Shown: piece by piece, positions 18,851 through 28,156 of the stretch | Layout of the letters: each line of letters opens with the position of its first letter | How positions within the stretch are numbered: the first letter of the stretch is position 1 | Assembly: GCA_019753155.1 (NCBI GenBank) | Contig: JAIELG010000003.1 | Location: 1,524 to 65,523 of the forward strand | DNA: 64,000 nucleotides | DNA from: Burkholderiales bacterium | Lineage (GTDB): Bacteria; Pseudomonadota; Gammaproteobacteria; Burkholderiales; JABEVD01 | Direction of reading: 5' to 3' | The notes under the pieces: model-generated | Told to the model about the DNA's origin: nothing | Database searches by the model: none | Seen by the model: only the letters and a program-made list of their open reading frames with translations | Translations under genes and position numbers: made by a program

Positions 18851-21640
18851 TCACAACTGCCCCATAAACGCCTGCGCCTCCGCCTTCTCCGGAAAATCCT
18901 TGCCCGACTTCAGCGCCCCCTGGAGTTCCTGACGGGCCTTGGTTTTGTCCCCGTTCCTGGCCAAGGCCACTGCATAGTGATAGTGGATATCCGGCTCGTC
19001 GGAAAGCATGGAAGCTGCCTTTTGCAACAAATCCAGTGCATGCTTCTCGTCCCCGCTTCCAACAAGAATCCATCCCAGCGTGTCCATGACCTGAGGATTA
19101 TCCGGGTTCAACTTGTAAGCTTGCTGGGCTGTTTGCACGGCAAGCGGATTTTTCGTCTGCAGGTACAGCATTGCCAGGTTGTTCAAGGATTCCACATCGT
19201 TCGGATCGGTTTTCAGTGCCGACTGGAATTGTTCGATGGCAGCCTTGACATTGCCCGCCTTCGTCATTACTTCAGCCATGTATCTGCGGGCCATCGCATC
19301 GTCCGGATGCGCTTTGATCCATTGCAGGAGCAGCGCATCCGCACTCTTCGCATTGCCGTTCATGCTCATGGCGCCATGCAGTTTCATGACGCCTCCCGCA
19401 GAAGGCGACATTTTCTGCGCCCTCTGCAAAACGGCGACCGCCTGCCCGTACTGCTTCTGTGCCATCAGGATATCGCCTTGCAGATACAGCCCGAGGGGAG
19501 ATTTGGGGAACTTACGCTCGACATCCTGGGCGATTTTTTCCGCTTCGCTGTAGTTTTTCGCCTTGACCTCCAGGGAAATCAGCGCATTGTCCGCATCGAG
19601 ATAATCCGGCTTCAGTTCCAGAGCCTTTGTCAGGGAAGCGGCAGCCGATGCATAATCCTGGAAAACCATCTGTGCTGTCGCCAAACGGTAAAAGGCCACC
19701 GGGGATCTCGGCACCACCTTGACCAGTTTTCCGAAAGTTTCGACTGCTTCCTTGGTCTGCCCTGCGGCAATCTGCGTCCCGCCCAGCAAATCCAGGGCTT
19801 CCGGGTTGTCCGGCAGCGCGGTGACCGCCCCTTGCGCGGCATCGAGCGCTGCCTTCTGATTTTTCTGAATCAGGTAGTACCGGACCAGGGCGGCTTTGGG
19901 CTGTATCACGGTCGGATTCGATTTCACAGCGCGATCGAGCCAGTCGAGTTCTTCCTTTGAATTCCCCGCATCATGGGCAAGGGCGGACAACACCATCATC
20001 GCCTGCAGGTTGTTCTTATCTATCGACAGCACGCTTTCGAAGCGTTTGTGCGCAGCCTGAAAGTCCTTGTCGCGCATGTCGAGCATGCCAAGATTGATCG
20101 CTGCCGGAACATAGTTCGGCACCGCATCGAGCGCCTTGCCGAAACTTTTGCGCGCACCGGCGAAATCGTTCTTGCCCACATATGCCGCGCCCTGGAGATT
20201 ATAGGCTGCCGGTTCCTTGGGGTTTTTCGCAACCATCTTGCCGATAACCGCCAAGGCTTCGTCGTACTGTTTTTTTCCAAGATAGGTCAAGGCCAAGGCA
20301 GTTTGGGCTTCCAGTCGTGAAGGATCAAGCTTGGCCGCAGCCTCGAAGTCCGATATGGCTTTATCGGTCTGCCCGCCCGCCACGCGGCTCATCCCCAATT
20401 GCGTGCGCAAATCCACGTTATTGGGATTCAGCGCGGTCACGCTTTCGAGGTAATGCGCAGCCTTTTCGTAATCTCCCGTTTGCGTATAGGCTTCCGCCGC
20501 AAGGGACTGTACCTGGGCATCCGGATTCAAGTCGCTCAGCAACGGCGACAAAGTCTTGAGCGCATCGGCAGGCTGCTTGAGCTTCAACTGGGTCGCCGCA
20601 AGAAGCTTCCTAGCATAGACGTTGGACGAAAACGCCCCCACGAAACGCCCGAGCATTTTTTGCGCTTCCTCGAGCGAATTCAGGGAATAATCGATCGCCC
20701 CCATCAGCAAAATGGAGGGCATGTGGTCCGGGGCGAACTTGAGCACCTGTTGCAAGGTATCCCGCGCATCGGTAAATTTCGACTGCCTGAAATAAAGCAG
20801 GGCCTGCAAATATTTCGCCATCGGACTATTCGGCTGAATCTTCACGAGTGCGTCGATTTCCTTCTGGGCATCGTCGTTCCTGCCTGCGGAGAGATCGAGC
20901 GAAGCCAGGCTGACATGCGCGGGCATATTCGCGCCATCAAATTTCAGAATTTCCCGATAAGCTTCCGCCGCCTTGTCGTTGTCGGACTGTGCGCGAAGCA
21001 GGTCTCCCTTCATGACCCAGGCCTTGACATATTTGGGATCCCTGGAGATGACCTGCGCGACGAGTTTCAGCGCATCATCCACCTTCTTGTCAGCAGCGGC
21101 GAGGCTCGCCTGTCCGAGCAGCGCATCCGGAAAGTCCGGGGAAACCTTGAGCGCGCCATCGAAAGCGGAACGCGCATCATCCTTCCTGCTCAGCCCGAAA
21201 TAGGCATTTCCCCTCAGAACCAGCACTCTCGCCTTAGTCTGGGCATCCATCCCGGCTTCGGGCTGCAATTCATCGATGATTTTCTGAAATTCGCCGCGTC
21301 CCAGATAGACGCCGCCAAGTGCGACCTGCACCTTGCTCCTGTCCTTCTCAAACTGGAGCGCCATTTTGAGTTCGTCTTCGGCTGCGGAGAAATCCCCCGC
21401 CTCACTGTAAATTTCCCCGAGAAGAAAACGCGCATCTCCGTTATTCGGATCTTTTTGCAGGGCATTTTTCAACTGGATAATGGCCGCCTTGTTGTCGCCC
21501 TTATCGTGGTAGCCCCTGGCATCCTTGAGGTATTCCAGGCTGGACCCGGATTTGCTGCAGCCGCCCAATGCGCCCGCCGCAATCAAAATGGCCATCGAGA
21601 GTGATAAGTACCGTTTGCTGCTGCTCAACTTTCCAGGCAT
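18851..21640 (-). CDS. prsT: PEP-CTERM-system-type TPR-repeat lipoprotein (PrsT-like)
   Basis: About 930 aa of TPR repeats throughout. Lipoprotein signal LSMAILIAAGALGGC. Contains AAIIQLKNALQKDPNNGDARFLLGEIY, which matches my recollection of PrsT. ATG at 21640 is preferred because of the AGGGA SD 7 nt upstream. Confidence 0.75.
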   Translation of the reverse strand: MPGKLSSSKRYLSLSMAILIAAGALGGCSKSGSSLEYLKDARGYHDKGDNKAAIIQLKNALQKDPNNGDARFLLGEIYSEAGDFSAAEDELKMALQFEKDRSKVQVALGGVYLGRGEFQKIIDELQPEAGMDAQTKARVLVLRGNAYFGLSRKDDARSAFDGALKVSPDFPDALLGQASLAAADKKVDDALKLVAQVISRDPKYVKAWVMKGDLLRAQSDNDKAAEAYREILKFDGANMPAHVSLASLDLSAGRNDDAQKEIDALVKIQPNSPMAKYLQALLYFRQSKFTDARDTLQQVLKFAPDHMPSILLMGAIDYSLNSLEEAQKMLGRFVGAFSSNVYARKLLAATQLKLKQPADALKTLSPLLSDLNPDAQVQSLAAEAYTQTGDYEKAAHYLESVTALNPNNVDLRTQLGMSRVAGGQTDKAISDFEAAAKLDPSRLEAQTALALTYLGKKQYDEALAVIGKMVAKNPKEPAAYNLQGAAYVGKNDFAGARKSFGKALDAVPNYVPAAINLGMLDMRDKDFQAAHKRFESVLSIDKNNLQAMMVLSALAHDAGNSKEELDWLDRAVKSNPTVIQPKAALVRYYLIQKNQKAALDAAQGAVTALPDNPEALDLLGGTQIAAGQTKEAVETFGKLVKVVPRSPVAFYRLATAQMVFQDYASAAASLTKALELKPDYLDADNALISLEVKAKNYSEAEKIAQDVERKFPKSPLGLYLQGDILMAQKQYGQAVAVLQRAQKMSPSAGGVMKLHGAMSMNGNAKSADALLLQWIKAHPDDAMARRYMAEVMTKAGNVKAAIEQFQSALKTDPNDVESLNNLAMLYLQTKNPLAVQTAQQAYKLNPDNPQVMDTLGWILVGSGDEKHALDLLQKAASMLSDEPDIHYHYAVALARNGDKTKARQELQGALKSGKDFPEKAEAQAFMGQL

Positions 21641-21676
21641 GCCGAAATCCCTCATCTGTTATTTACGAATCAAAGT

Positions 21677-21715
21677 ATATCCGAATTTGCGGCCATGAAA
21701 TATCCGGCTTTGCCG
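21677..21715 (-). promoter_or_regulatory. imperfect 16-nt direct repeat upstream of prsT
   Basis: Plus strand ATATCCGAATTTGCGG (21677-21692) and ATATCCGGCTTTGCCG (21700-21715) match at 13 of 16 positions and start 23 bp apart. They sit in the 68-bp cysM-prsT spacer. Confidence 0.3.
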
Positions 21716-21723
21716 CGAGCCAA

Positions 21724-22611
21724 TCAGGCGGGGAAAACGCCTGTGGAAAGATAGCGGTCGCCCCTGTCGCAAACGATGGACACAATGACCGCATCACTCA
21801 GGGTTTTCGAAAGCGCAAGCGCAGCAGCCATTGCGCCTCCCGACGAGATGCCGGCGAAAATCCCTTCCTCGGCCGCCAGCCGCCTCGTCGTTTCTTCCGC
21901 TTCGACCTGGGATACGAGCATGATTTCGTCGACGAGACTGGAATCGTAAATTTTGGGCAGGTAGGCTTGCGGCCATTTCCTGATCCCGGGAATCTGCGCG
22001 CCTTCGTCCGGCTGCACCCCGACGATGCGGATGCCGGAATTTTTTTCCTTGAAAAACCGGGCACAGCCCATGATCGTCCCGGTAGTGCCCATGCTGCTCA
22101 CGAAATGGGTGATTCTGCCTTCGGTTTCGCGCCAGATTTCAGGCGCGGTAGCTTCGTAATGCGCAACCGGATTATCCGGATTCGAAAACTGGTCGAGAAT
22201 TTTCCCCCTGCCCTGCGCTTCCATTCGCTTCGCCAAGTCAATCGCCGCCTCCATTCCGCCCTCTTTCGGGGTCAGTACGATTTCAGCGCCGAAAGCCCGC
22301 ATGATCTGGCGCCGCTCCATGCTCATATGCTCCGGCATCACCAGCACCATCCTGAATCCGCGAACGGCTGCCGCCATGGCGAGCGCAATCCCGGTATTGC
22401 CGCTGGTGGCCTCGATCAGCGTATCGCCCGGACGAATTTCGCCCCTATGCTGCGCCCGCGATATCATGGAAAACGCCGGACGGTCTTTCACCGATCCGGC
22501 AGGATTGTTCCCTTCCAGCTTGGCAAGAACGCTGTTCGAGGTTTCCCCCGGGAGCCTTCTCAACCTTACGAGCGGCGTATTGCCTACAAAATCCTCGATA
22601 TTCCTGAACAT
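21724..22611 (-). CDS. cysM: cysteine synthase B (O-acetylserine sulfhydrylase B)
   Basis: Near-colinear with E. coli CysM as I recall it: GNTPLVRLRRL, KLEGNNPAGSVKDRPA, IEATSGNTGIALAM, HFVSSMGTTGTIMG and CDRGDRYLSTGVF. 295 aa. Confidence 0.9.
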   Translation of the reverse strand: MFRNIEDFVGNTPLVRLRRLPGETSNSVLAKLEGNNPAGSVKDRPAFSMISRAQHRGEIRPGDTLIEATSGNTGIALAMAAAVRGFRMVLVMPEHMSMERRQIMRAFGAEIVLTPKEGGMEAAIDLAKRMEAQGRGKILDQFSNPDNPVAHYEATAPEIWRETEGRITHFVSSMGTTGTIMGCARFFKEKNSGIRIVGVQPDEGAQIPGIRKWPQAYLPKIYDSSLVDEIMLVSQVEAEETTRRLAAEEGIFAGISSGGAMAAALALSKTLSDAVIVSIVCDRGDRYLSTGVFPA

Positions 22612-22669
22612 CCCTACCCTCGCCGCATTTTAAGTATAATCACTCGAAATTATCGCATAACGTCAGGCG

Positions 22670-22689
22670 AAATTCGCCTTAAATTCGCC
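22670..22689 (+). promoter_or_regulatory. direct repeat AAATTCGCC x2 (11-bp period) in the leader of the PilZ-motif gene
   Basis: AAATTCGCC occurs at 22670-22678 and 22681-22689. The first copy is part of the palindrome GGCGAAaTTCGCC. A TATAAT lies at 22635-22640. Confidence 0.3.
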
Positions 22690-22702
22690 GGATAAGGAAA
22701 TC

Positions 22703-24118
22703 ATGTTCAAATGGTTTGCATCCGATTCAAATCACCCACTTGCCAACCCGAAAAAGGCAAGGGAGTTGCTCGCCGGACTGCCCAGGGACAATCCGCTCAA
22801 AACCATAGAGGAACTGTCGGACTGGATCGAGTCACTACCCGACCTGAAGCTCGAAGCGCGGGCCGACCTGTGCAAGCTCTTCGACGAGCATTCCCAGGCA
22901 TACCGGCGCAAACTGGGACGGGATTATTTCGGCGCCGACAAGGTCCAGCAAAACAGAAGCGGGTTTGCCCTACACCGCTTTGCCGACCTTCTGGCAAAGG
23001 CCTATTTCTCATGCATCGAAAGTTACCGCTCCGGAGAGAAAGGCGCCGATGCCATCAGGAGCGACCTGCCGCTGCTCATCTGCCGCACGATCAACGCCAT
23101 CAAATTGCAGTACAAGTGGGCACACCTGCACTCCGGCCTGATCGACGAATCAATCTGGAAAAAGTTGTTCTGGCTGTTCGCTTTCGCCGAAAAAACCGGG
23201 ATCACACAGAAAGAAATAACGCTTTTTCCCACGAATGAGCACAAAACCAGCATCAAACAGGAATTCCTCAAAATCCTCATGATTTCGGCTTCATCCCCCG
23301 ACGCGCTGCCGCCCCAGGAATTCGAAATAGCCGACCATATCGCATCCCTGCTTTCCGGACATTTCGTGCTGGCATCCAGTACAAACATGCCGCACCTGAC
23401 CCACTATGTCGATCTGGCCTCGAACAAGCCGCCATCGAGGCTGAAATCGCCGTTCCCGAGTTCGGCCCGTTTTTTCGGCCCCGGAAATGCCTATTCAATC
23501 GTCCACAGACTGGTGAATGAATTTGGCGATGGCGTATTGCAAAAAATCACCCTGGGGGGAGCTTATTCCGTCGAGCAAACCCAAACCGTGCTCAAACATC
23601 TGTCCGCGCAATGGGATTCCCGGCCTCCCTTGAGAAAAAATGAGCGCAAGCCGGCAGCAGTACCCCTTGGCGTGACATGCAGCCTGGATTTCACCGAAAG
23701 GGAAGCCTGGACCAGCGAAAATATCAGCGACGGCGGTTACGATGCAATCATTCCGGGAGAGCTTCCCATCTGGGGGAAAATCGGCCTGCTTTTTTTCAGC
23801 AGGCAGGCGGATCGATGGGATTTGTGCATCATACGCCGGCTGAACCGGGACGACCTGAAAAGGTGGCATGTGGGCGTCGAAATCCTGGCGAAAGGAATCC
23901 GACCTCTGGCGCTGGAAGCGGAAGGATTCAACATCCGCGCCGCATTGATGCGCCTGGACAAGGGAGAAGCCGAAATCCTGGTCGATGACGACGGCTTCTC
24001 GCCCGGCAACAGCTATCGCGTCGAATACGACAAAAAAACACACACCCTCATCCCGCTGGAACTCCTCGAAAAGGGGGTCGATTTCAAATTATGGCGTTTC
24101 CGTATCACGAATTCCTGA
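22703..24118 (+). CDS. uncharacterised protein with a C-terminal PilZ-type c-di-GMP-binding motif pair
   Basis: 471 aa. I did not recognise the N-terminal ~300 aa. RKNER (RxxxR, codons at 23633-23647) is followed 24 residues later by NISDGG (D/NxSxxG, 23720-23737), then about 130 aa of beta-rich sequence. Confidence 0.6.
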   Translation: MFKWFASDSNHPLANPKKARELLAGLPRDNPLKTIEELSDWIESLPDLKLEARADLCKLFDEHSQAYRRKLGRDYFGADKVQQNRSGFALHRFADLLAKAYFSCIESYRSGEKGADAIRSDLPLLICRTINAIKLQYKWAHLHSGLIDESIWKKLFWLFAFAEKTGITQKEITLFPTNEHKTSIKQEFLKILMISASSPDALPPQEFEIADHIASLLSGHFVLASSTNMPHLTHYVDLASNKPPSRLKSPFPSSARFFGPGNAYSIVHRLVNEFGDGVLQKITLGGAYSVEQTQTVLKHLSAQWDSRPPLRKNERKPAAVPLGVTCSLDFTEREAWTSENISDGGYDAIIPGELPIWGKIGLLFFSRQADRWDLCIIRRLNRDDLKRWHVGVEILAKGIRPLALEAEGFNIRAALMRLDKGEAEILVDDDGFSPGNSYRVEYDKKTHTLIPLELLEKGVDFKLWRFRITNS

Positions 24119-24763
24119 AATGATCCCGGTCATCCATCCCGAGATATCTTCGATCTCGTCCTGGCAAACCGAGTGCGCCATCCCGTACTGACGCCACGCC
24201 ACGTCATGTCCGAGATTCACAAGGGCATTTCTCGATGCCAATCCCGCCGAAATCGGGATGACATCGTCCTCGACCCCATGCGCCATGAATACGGGCGTTC
24301 TCGAATTGGCAGGATGCGCTTCATCCCTGACCGTATCGGCAAGCGGAAGATAAGTCGACAGGGCCAGCAGGCCGGCAAGTTTGGAAGGATGGCGCAAACC
24401 CGCATGCAGCGCGATCGCCCCGCCCTGGGAAAATCCGGCGAGAAAAACATGATCCGCGACCACGCCCCGCCTCTCTTCCCTTGCTATCAATTCCGCGATG
24501 CTGCGCTGCGAATCGAATATGCCCTCCCTGTCCTCGGCGCAATTCATGTCCAGGGAATAAATATCGTACCATGCGCGCATCCTGTAACCGCCGTTCAGCG
24601 TAACGGGCCGTACCGGGGCATGGGGAAAGACGAAGCGCGCGGGCAATTGCAGCGCTTTTGCCACGGGCACGAAATCGCTCCCGTCGGCGCCCAGCCCATG
24701 CAGCCAGATGACTACGAACTCAGGCTCGGCACAAGTTTCGAATTCGATCGTTGGCAGTGTCAT
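24089..24763 (-). CDS. carboxylesterase/phospholipase family alpha/beta hydrolase
   Basis: GFSQGGA nucleophile elbow, VIWLHGLGADG and FMAHGVEDDVI. About 224 aa, typical of the esterase-2 family. Its 3' end overlaps the convergent PilZ-motif gene by 30 nt. Confidence 0.8.
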   Translation of the reverse strand: MTLPTIEFETCAEPEFVVIWLHGLGADGSDFVPVAKALQLPARFVFPHAPVRPVTLNGGYRMRAWYDIYSLDMNCAEDREGIFDSQRSIAELIAREERRGVVADHVFLAGFSQGGAIALHAGLRHPSKLAGLLALSTYLPLADTVRDEAHPANSRTPVFMAHGVEDDVIPISAGLASRNALVNLGHDVAWRQYGMAHSVCQDEIEDISGWMTGIISGIRDTETP

Positions 24764-24821
24764 AACGGGCCTGAAGCAACTATAATTGTTCTGTTCCGGG
24801 TTTTAAAGAAAAGGGGATGCA

Positions 24822-25850
24822 ATGAACCGTCGTGATTTTATCAAACTTGCCGCATCCGGCGGCACTTTATTCGCTTTCCCGGCCTGGGGCTATTACGACG
24901 AAATCGCATCCTGGAAAACATATCGCCTGAACTACCATGTATCGCTCCCCGAAGAAGCCGGCAGCGCAAAGCTCTGGCTTCCGCTCCCCGACAGCAACGA
25001 CACCGTATATCAGCGCAACCTGGGAAGCGTCTGGAGCGAAGGGCCTGCCAGGGCGAGCCTTTTCGATCCGCCGAAAAACCCTGCCGCGGCTTTTTTTGGC
25101 GAATGGATAAAATCCGGCCCCAGAAATATCACTGTCGGCACGATGATCAAAACTGCGGACAGAACGGCGGACCTGCGAAAACCCGGCTCGGAAAAAATTC
25201 CTCCGGCCCTCAAGCATTACCTCGCCCCCGGATCGAACGTGGTACGCAAAACCGCCATGTCGGTGACCCGGACTGCGAAAACGCCCCTAGGAAAAGCGCG
25301 CGCCATTTACGACTGGGTTGTCGAAAACGCCTATTACGACCCTGCGATCGAAGGCTGCGGCAAGGGAGATGCAGGCGAGATGCTCGAGAGCGGGAAAATG
25401 GGCGGAAAAAGCATGGATATGGCAAGCCTGTTCGTGAGCCTTTGCGGTTCCGCAGGCATTCCCGCAAGGGGCACCTACGGCATCCTGCTCACGGAATCGG
25501 GGAGCGGCAAAATCGCAACGTCCTACCATGTCAGGGCGGAATTCTATCTTGCCGGCCCCGGATGGGTTCCGGTCGATCCAGCGGAAATCCACAGGGTGAT
25601 GCAGGAAGAAAACAGGCGCATCGATGACCCAAAAATCGCGGAATTGAAGGACAAGCTTTTCGGATACTGGAAAATGAACTGGATAGGACTCAACCACGAG
25701 CGCGACGTTCCCCTGCCCTTTCTCGGCAGCAAAATCCCGTTATTCATTTACCCTTACGCGCAGGTCGGGGGAGAATTCCTCGACCCTGCCCGCATTGCAT
25801 ACCAAATCGAAGTCAATGAAATGGTCGGGACCGGGATTCATTTTTCCTGA
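24822..25850 (+). CDS. Tat-exported transglutaminase-like protein
   Basis: Twin-arginine signal MNRRDFIKLAASGG. The core is GGKSMDMASLFVSLCGSAGIPARGTYG ... YHVRAEFYL ... WVPVDP (transglutaminase-like C/H/D layout). A Ser occupies the position where I expect the nucleophile Cys. Confidence 0.7.
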   Translation: MNRRDFIKLAASGGTLFAFPAWGYYDEIASWKTYRLNYHVSLPEEAGSAKLWLPLPDSNDTVYQRNLGSVWSEGPARASLFDPPKNPAAAFFGEWIKSGPRNITVGTMIKTADRTADLRKPGSEKIPPALKHYLAPGSNVVRKTAMSVTRTAKTPLGKARAIYDWVVENAYYDPAIEGCGKGDAGEMLESGKMGGKSMDMASLFVSLCGSAGIPARGTYGILLTESGSGKIATSYHVRAEFYLAGPGWVPVDPAEIHRVMQEENRRIDDPKIAELKDKLFGYWKMNWIGLNHERDVPLPFLGSKIPLFIYPYAQVGGEFLDPARIAYQIEVNEMVGTGIHFS

Positions 25851-28156
25851 TACCAGTAGCGCCTGTGTTCCCTGCGCCAGGACTCCTCGCGTATGCCGTA
25901 TGGGTCGAAATCGAAGCGTATCGCTCCATCCCGGTCGGACCTGAACATCCGGCTCCCGACTGCGCGATAACGCGCAAGCACTTCAGGCCTCGGATGATTG
26001 AAGCGGTTTCTGTAGCCCACTGAAAACACGGCATGGCGCGGGGAGACCGCCTGCACGAATTCCTCGGTTGATGCGCTCATCCCGCCATGGTGCGGCACGA
26101 CGAGGATATCGGATTTGAGCCTGCCGCCCACCTCTGCAACGAGCCGGCGTTCGACGCCTTTTTCGATATCCCCCGCAATCAGGGCGGAACCCTGCAAAGA
26201 CGAGACCCTGAGTACGCAGCTTCTCACATTGCCCCTGATTCTCGGGTTCGAATAACTCGAACTGGGCGGCCCCAGGATTTCGAAACGCACGTCATCCCAG
26301 ACCCAGGACTCTCCGGCCTGGCAGCGCATGCCTACTTTCGCGTGGGGAAACACAGGGTTGTCCTTCGGCAGGGAAGACAGCAGCCATCCCACGGGAATCG
26401 AATCGAGCACTGAAATCGCGCCTCCGGTATGATCCCCGTCTTCATGGCTCAGGATCATGGCATCCAGCCTCATGATGCCCACCCCTCGCAGAAAAGGATA
26501 GATGATCCTGTTCCCGCTATCGGCTTGCGGCGTAAAGGCGGGGCCGGAATCGAAGAGCAGCGCATGATGCCTGGTCTGAACGACAACGGCGAGCCCCTGC
26601 CCCACATCGAGCACGGTCAGCCTCAAAAATTGAGGATCGGCAGGAAAAATCAGGAACAATGGGACTACCCCAAAAAAGCCGAGCCAGCGCGCGGGAAACC
26701 CCTTCGGCAGCAGTATCCAGAAAATCCCGAGAAAGGCTGTAAAAACAGCCCATGCAGGCGGCGCATGCTGAATCCATACCGCATCCGGAAGATTGCTCAA
26801 ACAGATGAGAAAACGCATGAAAATCGAAAAAATCTTGTGCGCCAGAACAATAGGAAAATCGAATGGGACTATGGCGCCAAAAAGCGTCAAGGGCACGACT
26901 GCGAAACTCACCACGGGAATGGCGAGCGCATTGGCAATAGGCGAGACGAGAGAAATCTGCTGAAAAAAGACCAGGAGGATGGGAATGAGTCCTATCGTCA
27001 TGGCCCACTGTATCGAAACCCATGCATTCAACCAGTTCGCGCGTCTTATCCTGTCCGTACTCACATACATGATGAGCGCAACTGCGAGAAACGAAAGCCA
27101 GAATCCCGAAGACAGCACCGCCCATGGATCCAGCACGGTCACAGCGAAAAGCGCCCAGATGAGAAGCGTGGAAGGCGAACTCATCCGCCCCGACCAGAGC
27201 AGCGCGGCAACAACGGCAAGCATGTAGACCGTGCGCTGGGTCGGGACGGCGTATCCTGCCAGAAGCGCATAACAGAACGCCGAAAACACGCCGCAGAGGG
27301 CCGCCGCCTTTCTGGCCGGAAGAACAACGACCCATCCGGGATTCAATCGCCAGAGCCTGTAGGCCAGGAGCGAAAAAAAGCCCGCGATCATCGTCACGTG
27401 AAGCCCGGAAATGCTCATCAAGTGGATGATTCCGGTGCGCCTGAAGATCTGCCAATCTTCCTGCGAAATCGCCTTCTGCTCCCCCATCAGGAGTGCCGCA
27501 ATCACGCCCCTGTAAGGCGAACCGGGCAACGCGGCAAACACCTTGTCGCGCAGCTTCTCCCTGACGGCTTCGACAATGGTGGAAGGCTTCATGACAAAGC
27601 GATCCAGCAAAACACCCTGCCGCACATAGCCTGTGGCCCTGATACCGCGCTCCAGAAGCGATGCCTCGTAATCGAACCCATAAGGATTCGAATTGCCATG
27701 GGGCTGCCTGAGCCTCACCGTAAAACGCCATCGCTCCCCCGGATGAAGCACGACCCCATCGGACTCGAAATACCGGCTCAACACGATTTTTCTCGGCACG
27801 CCGTGAGTCCTTTCGACATCGAATGCAAAATACTGGCCTTTATCGTTGGATTGAGGAAGCTCCGCGACTATCCCTGTGATATCGATGTCCACGCCTTCCA
27901 GTTCCGCCGCCAATGAATCGGAAAGCCGTATCTGCGCGATGCACGCCGCATAAAGGAATCCCATAATAAAAAAGAGCAACTTGAGCAGTATTTCCCTTGG
28001 CAGTTTTTGCGCGATCAGCATCGAGACGACAAAGAGGAGCGGCAATGCAAGCACCCACCATAATGAGGGCAGCACGGCCTGATTCTGCAGCAAACCCACC
28101 CCTGCCACGAAAAAAAGCAGGTTAATGCGCACCCTTGAATACCTCGAACCAGGCAA
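25838..28156 (-). CDS. comEC: DNA internalisation competence protein ComEC/Rec2
   Basis: Polytopic competence domain plus a C-terminal metallo-beta-lactamase domain (LDVGQGLAVV, ILSHEDGDHTGG, VVPHHG). Start uncertain: TTG at 28156 or GTG at 28132. Confidence 0.85.
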   Translation of the reverse strand: MPGSRYSRVRINLLFFVAGVGLLQNQAVLPSLWWVLALPLLFVVSMLIAQKLPREILLKLLFFIMGFLYAACIAQIRLSDSLAAELEGVDIDITGIVAELPQSNDKGQYFAFDVERTHGVPRKIVLSRYFESDGVVLHPGERWRFTVRLRQPHGNSNPYGFDYEASLLERGIRATGYVRQGVLLDRFVMKPSTIVEAVREKLRDKVFAALPGSPYRGVIAALLMGEQKAISQEDWQIFRRTGIIHLMSISGLHVTMIAGFFSLLAYRLWRLNPGWVVVLPARKAAALCGVFSAFCYALLAGYAVPTQRTVYMLAVVAALLWSGRMSSPSTLLIWALFAVTVLDPWAVLSSGFWLSFLAVALIMYVSTDRIRRANWLNAWVSIQWAMTIGLIPILLVFFQQISLVSPIANALAIPVVSFAVVPLTLFGAIVPFDFPIVLAHKIFSIFMRFLICLSNLPDAVWIQHAPPAWAVFTAFLGIFWILLPKGFPARWLGFFGVVPLFLIFPADPQFLRLTVLDVGQGLAVVVQTRHHALLFDSGPAFTPQADSGNRIIYPFLRGVGIMRLDAMILSHEDGDHTGGAISVLDSIPVGWLLSSLPKDNPVFPHAKVGMRCQAGESWVWDDVRFEILGPPSSSYSNPRIRGNVRSCVLRVSSLQGSALIAGDIEKGVERRLVAEVGGRLKSDILVVPHHGGMSASTEEFVQAVSPRHAVFSVGYRNRFNHPRPEVLARYRAVGSRMFRSDRDGAIRFDFDPYGIREESWRREHRRYWYQEK

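Noticed and set aside
18851-21640. Apparent periodicity within prsT considered as a DNA-level tandem repeat.
   Set aside because: The periodicity is at the protein level (34-residue TPR units with divergent codons). No nucleotide-level repeat units are evident.
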